Below, in pieces: positions 1-9,845 of a DNA stretch of 64,000 bases. The notes under the pieces are model-generated. The model was not told the origin of the DNA. It worked only from the letters and a program-made list of their open reading frames with translations, and ran no database searches. Source of the DNA: Gemmatimonadales bacterium (GTDB taxonomy: Bacteria; Gemmatimonadota; Gemmatimonadetes; Gemmatimonadales; Gemmatimonadaceae); contig JBBQFZ010000002.1 of NCBI GenBank assembly GCA_038322455.1, positions 20,223 through 84,222 on the forward strand, written 5' to 3'. The position numbers and the translations under genes are program-made. Position 1 is the first letter of the stretch. Each line of letters starts with the position of its first letter.

Positions 1-744
1 ATGGGGTCGTCGAATCCCCTCTTCGGTCCCTCGCAAATGCTCGACTATGAAGCCGAAGTCGGTTTCTTCGTCGGCAAAGGGAACGCGATGGGCGAGCCCA
101 TCGCGATCGAGGAGGCCGAGGACCACATCTTCGGCATCTGTCTCGTCAATGACTGGTCAGCCCGCGACATCCAGTCGTGGGAATACCAGCCGCTCGGACC
201 ATTCCTCTCCAAGAACTTCGCGACGAGCATCTCGCCCTGGGTCGTCACCTGGGAAGCGCTCGAGCCCTTTCGCGTCCCCTCTTTTTTCAGGCCGGCCAGC
301 GATCCCCAGCCACTCCCGTACCTCTCGTCGGAGAAGGATAGAAACGAGGGCGGGATCGATCTGACTATCGAGACCTACATCAGGTCGATGCTGATGCGCG
401 AAGGACACCTGCGGCCGTCCCGGCTCAGCTCCGCGTCGCTCGCCGACATGTACTGGACCGCCGCACAGATGCTCACCCACCATGCGAGCAGCGGGTGCAA
501 TCTTAGAACGGGGGACCTCTTCGCAAGCGGAACCGTCTCCGGTCCCGAGGCTGGATCGCAGGGATGTCTACTCGAGCTGACGCGCCGGGGAGCCGACCCA
601 GTCGCTCTTCCCACCGGAGAGGAGCGCAAGTTTCTGCACGACGGCGACGAGATCATCATGCGAGCCCATTTCGCCCGGGACGGCGCCGCCAGGATCGGTC
701 TCGGAGAATGCGCTGGCCTCATAGTCGCATCTTCGGCGCGATAA
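1..744 (+). CDS. fahA: Fumarylacetoacetase, C-terminal part (5'-truncated by the window edge)
   Basis: Motifs LDYEAEVGF, LVNDWSARDIQSWEYQPLGPFLSKNFATSISPWVVT, GDLFASGTVSG and FLHDGDEI. Confidence 0.93.
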   Translation: MGSSNPLFGPSQMLDYEAEVGFFVGKGNAMGEPIAIEEAEDHIFGICLVNDWSARDIQSWEYQPLGPFLSKNFATSISPWVVTWEALEPFRVPSFFRPASDPQPLPYLSSEKDRNEGGIDLTIETYIRSMLMREGHLRPSRLSSASLADMYWTAAQMLTHHASSGCNLRTGDLFASGTVSGPEAGSQGCLLELTRRGADPVALPTGEERKFLHDGDEIIMRAHFARDGAARIGLGECAGLIVASSAR

Positions 745-759
745 CTCTCAAGACAACCG

Positions 760-1281
760 ATGGCCGAATCAAAGAATGGGCAAGAGCCCTTGTACGTCGT
801 CCGCACCTCCCACATTCACGGGCGCGGGGTGTTCGCCAACCGTTACATCAGGAAGGGAACCAGGATCGTCGAGTACGTTGGCGAGCGCATCGACAACGAT
901 GAGGCCGATCGGCGCTACGACGACGACAAGATGAAAAGTCATCACACATTTCTCTTCACTCTGAGCAAAAACGTCGTGATCGATGGAGCCCAGAGCGCGG
1001 GCGGCGGTGACGCTAGCTTCATCAACCATTCCTGCGAGCCGAACTGCGAGGCGGTGATAACGGGAAAGAAGATCTTCATCCACGCGCTCCATGGTGTCGA
1101 GCCGGGAACCGAGCTCGCCTATGATTACCAGTACGAGCGCACGGGTAAAAACGACGCCGAGCTGGAGACGTTCTACCTCTGCAAGTGCGGCGCACCGAAC
1201 TGCCGGGGGACGATCATGAAACCAGCCAGAAAAAAGAGACGGTCGTCGGCAAAACAAAAACGCACGCGGGGGCGCCGCTGA
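760..1281 (+). CDS. SET-domain protein-lysine methyltransferase with post-SET Cys cluster
   Basis: IHGRGVFA, FINHSCEPNC, ELAYDY, post-SET CKCGAPNCRG; Lys/Arg-rich C-terminal tail. Confidence 0.9.
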   Translation: MAESKNGQEPLYVVRTSHIHGRGVFANRYIRKGTRIVEYVGERIDNDEADRRYDDDKMKSHHTFLFTLSKNVVIDGAQSAGGGDASFINHSCEPNCEAVITGKKIFIHALHGVEPGTELAYDYQYERTGKNDAELETFYLCKCGAPNCRGTIMKPARKKRRSSAKQKRTRGRR

Positions 1282-1344
1282 GCCTACTGGACTTCCCAGG
1301 CGCGTGAGGTTTATTCCAGCCTGAACTCTTTTCGGAGCAATTGC

Positions 1345-3384
1345 ATGCGTTTTGTCCATTGCGCGCTGGCTTTCACCTTTGCGCTCGCGACTTCGGCGGC
1401 AGCACAGACCTCGGCCGTCCCGATTCAGACCAGGCCGCTCGACCCCGCGAATCTCGACAGGTCCGTCCCGGCGTGTACGGACTTCTATCACTTTGCCAAC
1501 GGCGGATGGGTCAAGACGCATCCGATTCCCGCGGCGTTCTCCAGGTGGGGTAGCTTCGACGAGCTACAGGAGAACAACCAAAGCAACCTGCTGACGATCC
1601 TGCGAGCGGCGTCCGCGAACGGGAACAACCAGGCGACCGCCGATCTGCGCAAGCTCGCAGTGTACTACTCGTCGTGCATGGACTCCGCCGCGGCGGAGCG
1701 CAATGGCGCTCAGCCAATCGCGAGCGAGCTGTCGCGAATAGCCGCCCTAGCCAATCGCGCTCAGGTTGAATCCGAGATCGCTCGCCTGCACTCCATGGGA
1801 GTTCCGGCTCTCTTTTCCTTTGGCGCCGAGCAGGACGCAAAGAACAGCACGTCCGTAATCGCGGGCATGAGTCAGGGCGGACTGTCGCTGCCGGACCGCG
1901 ACTACTATCTGAATCCAGAGAAGCGCTACGCCGATATCCGCGCCAACTACCAGGATCACGTTGGTCGCATGTTCCGGCTCGCTGGTGAAAGTCCGGCTAA
2001 GGCGGCGATCGATGCGCAAAGAGTGGTTGCGATCGAGACCGCGCTTGCCAAGCCGGCCAAGACACGCGTTGAGCGCCGCGATCCGAACGCCAACTACCAC
2101 AAGATGAGCGCCGCGGAGCTGGCACAGCTCGCACCCGGCTTCCGCTGGCCGGCCTTTTACTCGGGCGAGGGAAGGGCCGACATCTCGACGATCAACGTCC
2201 AGAATCCCGCCTTCGTGAAGGTGGCGGACAGCTTGTTGAGCAATGCTGCGATCGACGACTGGAAAGCGTATCTGCGGTGGCATGTCATCGATGCGACAGC
2301 GCAGAGTCTGAGCTCCCCCTTCGTGAACGAGGACTTTCGCTTCGGAAGCACCTTGAGCGGTGCAAAGGAGATGCTGCCCCGCGACAAGCGCTGCGCCCGC
2401 GCAACCGACAATGGCTTGAGGGATGCGCTAGGTCAGGCCTACGTGGCTCAGTACTTTACACCCGCGGCAAAACAGCGCGCACTCGATATGGTCCGCAACC
2501 TGGAATCGGTTTTCCATGATCGAATCCTGACGCTGGCCTGGATGAGCGACACGACGAAGGCGCAGGCAGAGGGAAAGCTCGCGTCGTTCACAAACAAGAT
2601 CGGATATCCCGACAAGTGGCGCGACTATTCCACGCTCAACATCCAGCCGGGCCCCTTCCTCAACAACGTGCTGGCAGTCCGCCAGTACGAGCGTCGCCGC
2701 AACATGGCGAGAATCGGACAGCCCGTCGACCGCGCGGAATGGGGAATGACGCCTCCGACCGTCAACGCGTACTACAATCCGCAGATGAACGAGATCGTGT
2801 TTCCCGCGGGCATCATGCAGCCGCCGTTCTTCGATCCGAACGCCGATGACGCGGTGAACTATGGCGGAATGGGCGCGGTCATCGGACACGAGATGACGCA
2901 CGGCTTCGACGACCAGGGCGCGCAGTTCGACCGCGATGGCAATCTCAAGAACTGGTGGAGCGCATCGGATCTCGAGAAATTCAAGCACGGCACGGGGCTC
3001 GTGTCGGCCCAGTACGATTCGTACACAGTGCTCGACAGTGTTCACGTGAACGGAAAGCTGACGCTCGGAGAGAACCTCGCCGATCTGGGTGGGTTGTCGG
3101 TCTCCTATGCGGCCCTCGAGAAGGCGCTCGCCCAGAAGGGACGGCCCGCCAACATTGACGGCTTTACCCCCGAGCAGCGCTTCTTTCTCGCCTGGGCGCA
3201 GATCTGGAGAGCGAACACCACTCCGGAGACCGCCCGGTTGCGGATCAACACCGATCCGCATTCCCCGGGCGTGTGGCGAACCAATGGGCCCCTCTCGAAC
3301 ATGCCCCAGTTCGCGGCCGCGTTCGGGTGCAAGCCGGGGGATGCGATGGTGCGCGACGAATCCGTCAGACCCGTCATCTGGTAG
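1345..3384 (+). CDS. Secreted M13-family (neprilysin/PepO-like) zinc metallopeptidase
   Basis: Signal peptide; DFYHFANGGW; VNAYY; HEMTH zinc motif; GENLADLGG; DPHSP; GGAG RBS upstream. Confidence 0.93.
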   Translation: MRFVHCALAFTFALATSAAAQTSAVPIQTRPLDPANLDRSVPACTDFYHFANGGWVKTHPIPAAFSRWGSFDELQENNQSNLLTILRAASANGNNQATADLRKLAVYYSSCMDSAAAERNGAQPIASELSRIAALANRAQVESEIARLHSMGVPALFSFGAEQDAKNSTSVIAGMSQGGLSLPDRDYYLNPEKRYADIRANYQDHVGRMFRLAGESPAKAAIDAQRVVAIETALAKPAKTRVERRDPNANYHKMSAAELAQLAPGFRWPAFYSGEGRADISTINVQNPAFVKVADSLLSNAAIDDWKAYLRWHVIDATAQSLSSPFVNEDFRFGSTLSGAKEMLPRDKRCARATDNGLRDALGQAYVAQYFTPAAKQRALDMVRNLESVFHDRILTLAWMSDTTKAQAEGKLASFTNKIGYPDKWRDYSTLNIQPGPFLNNVLAVRQYERRRNMARIGQPVDRAEWGMTPPTVNAYYNPQMNEIVFPAGIMQPPFFDPNADDAVNYGGMGAVIGHEMTHGFDDQGAQFDRDGNLKNWWSASDLEKFKHGTGLVSAQYDSYTVLDSVHVNGKLTLGENLADLGGLSVSYAALEKALAQKGRPANIDGFTPEQRFFLAWAQIWRANTTPETARLRINTDPHSPGVWRTNGPLSNMPQFAAAFGCKPGDAMVRDESVRPVIW

Positions 3385-3423
3385 TCATCGACGCAACGAG
3401 CCGCAATCGATCGACGAATGAAA

Positions 3424-3454
3424 AAGGGGAGTCCGGTTTTGCCGGACTCCCCTT
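3424..3454. terminator. Perfect 13-bp hairpin, probable intrinsic terminator (U-tract stronger on the minus strand)
   Basis: AAGGGGAGTCCGG-TTTTG-CCGGACTCCCCTT. The A5 run at 3421-3425 becomes the U-tract on the minus strand; TTATGTT follows on the plus strand. Confidence 0.7.
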
Positions 3455-3465
3455 ATGTTGCACGG

Positions 3466-3879
3466 ATGACCGCGCGCAGCTTCTTCTATAAGGAAACGGA
3501 AGGCATTCGTGTCACGGTGCGGCCCGTTTACCTGCGAGATCATTCGGAGCCGTCACAAAGCCATTACGTGTTTGCCTATTTCGTACGAATAGAGAATGTC
3601 GGACCGATGGCCGCGCAGCTCCTTACGCGCCGCTGGCTGATCCACGACTCCGTCGGCGACGGGGTCGACACAGAGGTGATCGGCGAAGGCGTCGTCGGTG
3701 AGCAACCGACTTTGATGCCTGGAGGGGTGCACGAATATCAGAGCTTCTGCATTCTGAAGTCCGGGGAAGGCTGGATGGAAGGCCATTACGGGTTTTTGCG
3801 GCAGGATGGATCTGCATTCGAGGCGAGCATCCCGCGCTTCGTTCTGAGCGCGAGCGAATCGACGAGCTTGCCCTCTTGA
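3466..3879 (+). CDS. apaG: ApaG (Co2+/Mg2+ efflux-associated) protein
   Basis: IRVTVRPVYL, YVFAYFVRIEN, QLLTRRWLI, GEGVVGEQP, GWMEGHY. ATG 3466 preferred over 3418, which lies inside the hairpin. Confidence 0.9.
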   Translation: MTARSFFYKETEGIRVTVRPVYLRDHSEPSQSHYVFAYFVRIENVGPMAAQLLTRRWLIHDSVGDGVDTEVIGEGVVGEQPTLMPGGVHEYQSFCILKSGEGWMEGHYGFLRQDGSAFEASIPRFVLSASESTSLPS

Positions 3880-3910
3880 ATCGCGCACGACAGTTGCTTT
3901 GGTATTGGTC

Positions 3911-4540
3911 GTGAGCCGCATCTACGACATCTCGGTCCCGATTCGCACAGGTGGCCTGGTATATCCCGGGAACCCCGAGATTGATGTCTCGCTGCAGCAG
4001 GCAGTAGCCAAGGGCGCCGGCGCAAACGTTTCCTTCGTCCGGTTCGGCTCGCACACAGGAACGCACGCCGACGCGGCGCGGCATTTCTTCGACGACGGCC
4101 AGACCGTCGATCGCATCCCGCTCGACCGATTGATTGGACCCGCTCTTCTTCTCGGCTTTCCGGACGATCTTCGCGCCGTTGGTGCGGTCGACCTGAAAAA
4201 GCACGACCTGAATGGAGAGAAACGGATCTTGCTCCGCACGCGGAATTCGGCGTTGCTGTCCCAAAGGGAATTCGTGAAGGACTATACGTATCTCGCGCCC
4301 GACGGTGCGCAATACCTCGTCGACAACGGCGTGGAGCTGGTCGGAATCGATTACCTCTCGATCGAGCAGTTCCACTCCGGACACCACAAGACGCATCGTA
4401 CACTTCTCGAACAGTCGGTGGTGATACTCGAAGGGTTGGACCTCTCCGCGCCCGCGCCGGGAAAATACGAGCTGATCTGTCTTCCACTCCGGATCGAAGG
4501 TTGCGACGGGGCGCCCGCGCGCGCGGTGCTGATCGCGTGA
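3911..4540 (+). CDS. Cyclase family protein (kynurenine formamidase KynB-like)
   Basis: YDISVP, HTGTHADAARH (HxGTHxD motif), GIDYLS, ILEGLDL, DGAPARAV; GTG start at 3911. Confidence 0.88.
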   Translation: MSRIYDISVPIRTGGLVYPGNPEIDVSLQQAVAKGAGANVSFVRFGSHTGTHADAARHFFDDGQTVDRIPLDRLIGPALLLGFPDDLRAVGAVDLKKHDLNGEKRILLRTRNSALLSQREFVKDYTYLAPDGAQYLVDNGVELVGIDYLSIEQFHSGHHKTHRTLLEQSVVILEGLDLSAPAPGKYELICLPLRIEGCDGAPARAVLIA

Positions 4541-5160
4541 CCACCATCAGTCACATCTTCTTCGACATCGGCGGAGTGCTCGGCAGCAACGGGTGGGACC
4601 GCGAGCAGCGGGATAAAGCGATCAAGCGCTTCAAGCTCGATCCCCAGGATTTCCAGAGCCGCCATGAGGAGATCGTCGGCGCATGGGAAGAAGGGCGAAT
4701 CGCGATCGACGAGTACCTCGCGATAACTGTCTTTCACAAGCCAGTGGATTTCACCCGCGAGGAATTCATCGAATTCATGTACTCGCAGAGCGTGCCCCAC
4801 GAGGGCGTCATCGCGCTGGCGCGCGCGCTCACGGGACACGCGCGCTACACGCTGATGACGCTCAACAACGAGTCCGACGAGCTCAACCGACATCGGATCG
4901 GGAAATTCGGAATTTCCGAGATCTTCGAGGCGTTCCTCTCCTCGTGCTGGCTGGGGGTTCGCAAACCTACGCAGAAATTCTACGAGCGCGGACTGGGGAT
5001 CGCGCAGGCAAATCCGAAGACCTCGGTCTTTATCGATGACAGGCAACAGAACCTGACTCCGGCGGCCAGTCTTGGAATGAATTGCATCCAGTTTACATCC
5101 GTCTCACAGCTGCGCTCCGATCTGGAGCGCATTCTCGGTCTCGAACTTCCTGGAGCATAA
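4537..5160 (+). CDS. HAD-superfamily phosphatase (YihX-like)
   Basis: FFDIGGVL (motif I), LNNE, RKP, FIDDRQQN (motif IV). GTG overlaps the upstream TGA (GTGA). Confidence 0.85.
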   Translation: MTTISHIFFDIGGVLGSNGWDREQRDKAIKRFKLDPQDFQSRHEEIVGAWEEGRIAIDEYLAITVFHKPVDFTREEFIEFMYSQSVPHEGVIALARALTGHARYTLMTLNNESDELNRHRIGKFGISEIFEAFLSSCWLGVRKPTQKFYERGLGIAQANPKTSVFIDDRQQNLTPAASLGMNCIQFTSVSQLRSDLERILGLELPGA

Positions 5161-5163
5161 GCA

Positions 5164-6063
5164 ATGCGCTTGGCGATGATCGGTCTCGGTCGAATGGGCG
5201 GCAACATGTCGGAGCGGCTGATGAAGGGCGGCCATGAAGTGGTTGCCTACGATCGGGCCGCCGAAGTCACGCAGCGATACGTGGCGCTCGGAGCCACCGG
5301 GGTGAGCAATTTCAGCGAGATCACCGCCAAGCTCAACTCTCCGCGCATCGTGTGGATTATGGTTCCGTCGGGGAAGCCGGTGGACGAGACGATCGCTTCG
5401 CTCTTGCCAGGTCTCGGCAAAGGGGACGTGATCATCGATGGCGGCAACTCGAACTTCCACGACTCGATGCGTCGCGCAGCGGACCTGCAGGCGAAGGGAG
5501 TCCAGTTCGTCGACTGTGGGACGAGTGGCGGGGTATGGGGACTCGCGAACGGATACTGCCTCATGATCGGGGCGTCGCCGGATGCGTTCAAGCTCTGTGA
5601 GCCGATCTTCAAGACACTCGCGCCGCCCGATGGCTACGCGCACATGGGTCCGCCAGGCTCAGGTCATTACGTGAAGATGATCCACAATGGTATCGAGTAC
5701 GGCATGCTTCAGGCTTACGCCGAGGGCTATGAGATTCTGCACGCATCCAAAGACTTCAAGCTGGACCTCCACAAGATCGCCGGCGTGTGGAATCAGGGCA
5801 GCGTCGTGAGGTCCTGGCTGAACGAGCTCGCGGAACTCGCGTTCGAAAAGGATGGGGATCTCACTGACCTGCGTGGATACGTAGAGGACTCGGGCGAAGG
5901 ACGATGGACGGTGCAGGAAGCGATCGATCTCGATGTGCCGGCTCCTGTCATCACGCTCTCGCTGCTTACGCGCCTTCGTTCGCGGCAGGCCGACTCCTTC
6001 TCGGCAAAGGTGATCGCCGCGCTGAGAAACGAATTCGGCGGACACGCGGTGAAGAAGTCATGA
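5164..6063 (+). CDS. gnd: 6-phosphogluconate dehydrogenase, decarboxylating (short form)
   Basis: [51 protein letters not shown]. Confidence 0.95.
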   Translation: MRLAMIGLGRMGGNMSERLMKGGHEVVAYDRAAEVTQRYVALGATGVSNFSEITAKLNSPRIVWIMVPSGKPVDETIASLLPGLGKGDVIIDGGNSNFHDSMRRAADLQAKGVQFVDCGTSGGVWGLANGYCLMIGASPDAFKLCEPIFKTLAPPDGYAHMGPPGSGHYVKMIHNGIEYGMLQAYAEGYEILHASKDFKLDLHKIAGVWNQGSVVRSWLNELAELAFEKDGDLTDLRGYVEDSGEGRWTVQEAIDLDVPAPVITLSLLTRLRSRQADSFSAKVIAALRNEFGGHAVKKS

Positions 6064-7631
6064 AGACGCCGCGCGCTGTGCCGCTCATGCGAGCGCCGAG
6101 GCCGGATGGCAGCCGCAACATGGCCGACGCCTGCACGATGGTGATCTTCGGGGGAGCTGGAGACCTTACGAAGCGAAAGCTGATCTCCGCGATCTACTAT
6201 CTCGCTGAGCAGAAGCTCCTGCCCGAAAACTTCGCTCTGCTCGGCGTGGCGCGGGATGCGAATACCGACGAAGGCTACCGGAAGCTGATGCGCGAGGCGA
6301 TGGCGAACTCGGACGAGATCCACCGCGTGGACGACGGCGTCTGGCAGTGGCTCTGTCAGAGAACCTTTTACGCGAGCGGCGATTTCAGCAAGGAAGACGC
6401 CTACGCGCACATCGGGCAGCGCCTCAAGGAGATCGAGGCGAAGTCGGCGGAGAGCGATCGAAACAGGCTGTTCTATCTGGCGATTCCGCCCAGTGTGTTC
6501 GAGACGACGCTCAAGCATCTGTGCTCGAGCAGGCTTGCCTGGAGAACGCATTCGTACGAAGAGCGGCCATGGGCGCGCGTCGTGATCGAAAAGCCCTTTG
6601 GACGGGATCTGGAATCCGCGTGTGCGCTCAACAGGCTGGTGCTCGATGAGTTTGGCGAGCACCAGATCTACCGCATCGACCACGACCTCGGCAAAGAGAG
6701 CGTGCAGAACATCCTCGTGTTCCGCTTTGCGAATTCCATATTCGAGCCGCTCTGGAACCGGAACTACGTCTCCCACGTTCAGATTACTGCCGCCGAGGCG
6801 GTCGGGGTCGAGGGTCGCGGCAAGTACTACGAGGAGGCGGGCGTTCTTCGCGACATGTTCCAGAATCACCTTCTGCAGCTCCTTACGCTGGCAGCGATGG
6901 AGCCGCCCAGCTCGTTCACCGCGGACGCCGTGCGCGATGAGAAGGTGAAGGTACTGCACTCCCTTCGCCCGTTGATTCAAAACTGCGAGCCCGCGGTGAT
7001 CCGCGCGCAGTACACGGACGGCACAAGCGACGGGAAATCCGTACCAGGGTACAGGGCCGAGCCCGATGTTCCCGCTGGATCCAGCACGCCGACTTTTGCG
7101 GCAATGCGGGTTGAGATCGACAACTGGCGCTGGACGGGTGTACCCTTTTATCTGCGATCGGGTAAGAGGATGGAAAAGCGCATTTCGGAGATAGCGGTGC
7201 AATTCAAGGCTCCGCCATTTCTGCTGTTCGGCCAGAAGGCAGTAGAAGAGATGGCGCCGAGCCTGTTGACGATGCGAGTTCAGCCGGACGAGGGGATCTC
7301 GCTGAGGTTCCAGGTGAAGACCCCGGGCGCGATGCACGAGCTCACGCCTGGGCTCGAGATAACTCCCGTCGACATGGATTTCACCTACGCGGAAGCGTTC
7401 GGCAACGAGGCGCATCCAGCGTATGAAACACTTCTGCTCGATTGCATGATCGGTGACCCGACGCTCTTCACGCGAAGCGACGAAGTCGAGATGGCCTGGG
7501 AGATAATCGACCCCGTGCTCGAGTACTGGGACGAGCATCCCGAAACTCCGATGCTTTCATATCCGGCGGGTAGCTGGGGACCGAAGGAAGCGGATCAACT
7601 GCTCGATGGAGATCACACACGTTGGCGATAG
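6060..7631 (+). CDS. zwf: Glucose-6-phosphate 1-dehydrogenase (catalytic motif reads RIDHDLGKE)
   Basis: [22 protein letters not shown](D)[33 protein letters not shown] 6060 overlaps the gnd stop. Confidence 0.93.
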   Translation: MKTPRAVPLMRAPRPDGSRNMADACTMVIFGGAGDLTKRKLISAIYYLAEQKLLPENFALLGVARDANTDEGYRKLMREAMANSDEIHRVDDGVWQWLCQRTFYASGDFSKEDAYAHIGQRLKEIEAKSAESDRNRLFYLAIPPSVFETTLKHLCSSRLAWRTHSYEERPWARVVIEKPFGRDLESACALNRLVLDEFGEHQIYRIDHDLGKESVQNILVFRFANSIFEPLWNRNYVSHVQITAAEAVGVEGRGKYYEEAGVLRDMFQNHLLQLLTLAAMEPPSSFTADAVRDEKVKVLHSLRPLIQNCEPAVIRAQYTDGTSDGKSVPGYRAEPDVPAGSSTPTFAAMRVEIDNWRWTGVPFYLRSGKRMEKRISEIAVQFKAPPFLLFGQKAVEEMAPSLLTMRVQPDEGISLRFQVKTPGAMHELTPGLEITPVDMDFTYAEAFGNEAHPAYETLLLDCMIGDPTLFTRSDEVEMAWEIIDPVLEYWDEHPETPMLSYPAGSWGPKEADQLLDGDHTRWR

Positions 7632-9613
7632 GTCCAGTGCTCTTTCCACTCATCGCGCTCGTCATTTCTTCCAGCGCCTGTCAGAACCCTCAGCCGACGC
7701 GCAAGGATTCCACCGCCGTTCTCGCGGGTGATACCACCGCGCACATCCTCGCACCCGATAGCCGAAGCCTCGTCCTCCGCGCTCGCGCGCTCGATCGCGC
7801 GGACAGTCTCGAGCAGGCGCGCGCGGCGTACGAAGCGGCAGCGAAGAAGCTGCCGCAGATCTCCGACTGGCTCTACCTCCGCGCGGCGGGCGTGACCGCC
7901 GACAGCGCGGCGCGGGCGGCCTACTTTGCCAAGGTGCGCACCGCGGCAGCACGTGATCGCGTCCGCTGGACGGACGCGATCGCACGCGAGCGTTCACGCG
8001 ACATCGCCGGCGCGATACGCGTTTACAACTCGCTCGGGGCGCGCGTCGATGCACTCCGCCTCCGAGCTTCTCCGCCCGCGGACGAAGCATCGAAAGCAGC
8101 CGTGCGCAAAGACCTGCTGTCATTCGTCTCGACGTCGGGCAATCTGCCCGATGTGCGGGAGGCCGTGGGACTCTTCGACAAGGTCTTTACCACGACGACT
8201 CCGCCGGAAGATCTCACGATCGCGCGGGCAGCCTACCGCGCCGGTCTGCCCGATCGGTCCGCCGCAGGCTTTGCGAAAGCGGCTGCCGCGGGACTCGGGG
8301 ATGCGAACGATGAGTTCTCGTACGCATCCGTCCTCTATAAACTGAGACGTTACGCTGATGCCGGCGCACAGTTCGCGAAGATTGGCGCACCGCCCAAGCT
8401 TGCGGCAGCCGCGCAATACCAGCGCGCACGCGCGCAGATCGCCCTCGGTAATACGGAAGCGGGGCGTACGATTCTTCGCAGCCTCACGACGGCGTACCCG
8501 AACGATACGAGCGCAGCATCCGCGATGCTTCTCCTCGCGGATCTCGCCACCGACGACAATCGCGATCAGGACGCGCGGCAGACGCTGCTCGCTCTCCTCA
8601 AGCGGTTTCCCACAGGCCGCCACGCCACGAACGCGCGTTTTCGCGCCGGAATGATTGCGTACATAGAAGGCAACAAGAAGGCGGCCGCCGCGGAGTTCGA
8701 TTCCCTTGTCGCCCGCGACCCGAACAGCACCGAGGCGTTGGCGGCGGGATACTGGGCTGGAAGATCCTACGCGACGCTGGGTGACAACACCAAGAGCCGG
8801 GCGCGGTGGTCCTCCGTCATCAAGCGGGACCCTGTCAGCTACTACGCCGTGCTGGCGGCAAAGCGTCTCAACACAACGCTCGTAACGCCCGACAAATCTG
8901 CCGCGGCGTATCCGCATTTCCCGGCGATCGACAGTGCGACCGCGCGAGTGGCGGCGTTGAAAGATGTCGGAATGGATGTGGAGGCCGGCTTTGAAAACGA
9001 CAAGATGTTCAGCGACGCGCTTTCGGACCCGAGCCGAGTCGTCGCTACCGCGAGCGCCCTGGCGGGGACCGATCAGGCCTCGCGCTCGATTGCGCTTGGC
9101 AGGCGCGCCCTCGACGACGTCGGCCCGACGGCGGCCAACTACCGCCTCTACTTTCCCGTGCTCGAGCGCGAGACGCTGATCTCGAGCTCCAGGGAAAACG
9201 GGCTCGATCCCGTTCTCGTCGCAGCGCTGATCAGACAGGAATCAAACTTCAATCCTCGCGCGACGTCACCGGTGGGCGCGAGAGGCCTGATGCAGCTGAT
9301 GCCTGACGTCGGTCAGGGCCTGGCAAGCTCGAAGGGCATAACGCCGTGGAATGCGGAGATGCTCTACGACCCCGCGGTGAACATCAAGCTCGGAACGGCG
9401 CATTTGAAAGGGCTCATGCGCAAGTATCCGGAAGTCGTTAAATCGCTCGCCGCGTACAACGCGGGCGAATCGCGGGTGGAGAAGTGGTCCACAAAAACGG
9501 GAGCGGCCGATCCGGAAGTCTTCACGGAGCGCATCCCTTTCGTGGAAACGCGGGATTACGTGCGGATAATTCTTCGCAATCGCGCCTATTACGACGCGCT
9601 CTATCCCTGGTAG
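7622..9613 (+). CDS. Soluble lytic transglycosylase (Slt70-like, TPR repeats plus SLT domain), possibly a lipoprotein
   Basis: [11 protein letters not shown] (catalytic Glu), [24 protein letters not shown]; helical TPR-like repeats; N-terminal hydrophobic segment ending SSAC. Alternative start GTG 7637. Confidence 0.9.
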   Translation: MAIGPVLFPLIALVISSSACQNPQPTRKDSTAVLAGDTTAHILAPDSRSLVLRARALDRADSLEQARAAYEAAAKKLPQISDWLYLRAAGVTADSAARAAYFAKVRTAAARDRVRWTDAIARERSRDIAGAIRVYNSLGARVDALRLRASPPADEASKAAVRKDLLSFVSTSGNLPDVREAVGLFDKVFTTTTPPEDLTIARAAYRAGLPDRSAAGFAKAAAAGLGDANDEFSYASVLYKLRRYADAGAQFAKIGAPPKLAAAAQYQRARAQIALGNTEAGRTILRSLTTAYPNDTSAASAMLLLADLATDDNRDQDARQTLLALLKRFPTGRHATNARFRAGMIAYIEGNKKAAAAEFDSLVARDPNSTEALAAGYWAGRSYATLGDNTKSRARWSSVIKRDPVSYYAVLAAKRLNTTLVTPDKSAAAYPHFPAIDSATARVAALKDVGMDVEAGFENDKMFSDALSDPSRVVATASALAGTDQASRSIALGRRALDDVGPTAANYRLYFPVLERETLISSSRENGLDPVLVAALIRQESNFNPRATSPVGARGLMQLMPDVGQGLASSKGITPWNAEMLYDPAVNIKLGTAHLKGLMRKYPEVVKSLAAYNAGESRVEKWSTKTGAADPEVFTERIPFVETRDYVRIILRNRAYYDALYPW

Positions 9614-9807
9614 GTGTTCCCTCTGGCGCCAGTGGTGCCGCGCTCGGCTTTCCGCCGCTTGAGCCAATCGAGAAGCCACGTTCCTGGCACGATGAACAGA
9701 GGAGTGAGGAACATTCCCAGCAGCGAGTTGAGCCAGATGAGGGCCAGGTAGAAACCAATCAGGCCGAACGCGACCCAGAGCGTGCCGAGCGGACCGTGCG
9801 TTTCCAA
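9601..9807 (-). CDS. Small hypothetical membrane protein (68 aa, two TM segments, basic tail)
   Basis: GGGGAG RBS 6 nt before TTG on the minus strand; two hydrophobic segments then KRRKAER; fills an otherwise empty intergenic gap. Confidence 0.6.
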   Translation of the reverse strand: METHGPLGTLWVAFGLIGFYLALIWLNSLLGMFLTPLFIVPGTWLLDWLKRRKAERGTTGARGNTYQG

Positions 9808-9845
9808 GCGAAACTCCCCAGTGGATTAGGTAGATTAAAACTATC

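Noticed and set aside
5793-7538. Long minus-strand ORF (581 aa) opposite gnd/zwf; similar ones at 29543-30745, 39132-40487, 41687-42568, 49109-50167, 59712-60809 and 62256-63599
   Set aside because: Antisense shadows of well-conserved genes, expected from GC-rich codon bias; no recognisable motifs or RBS.
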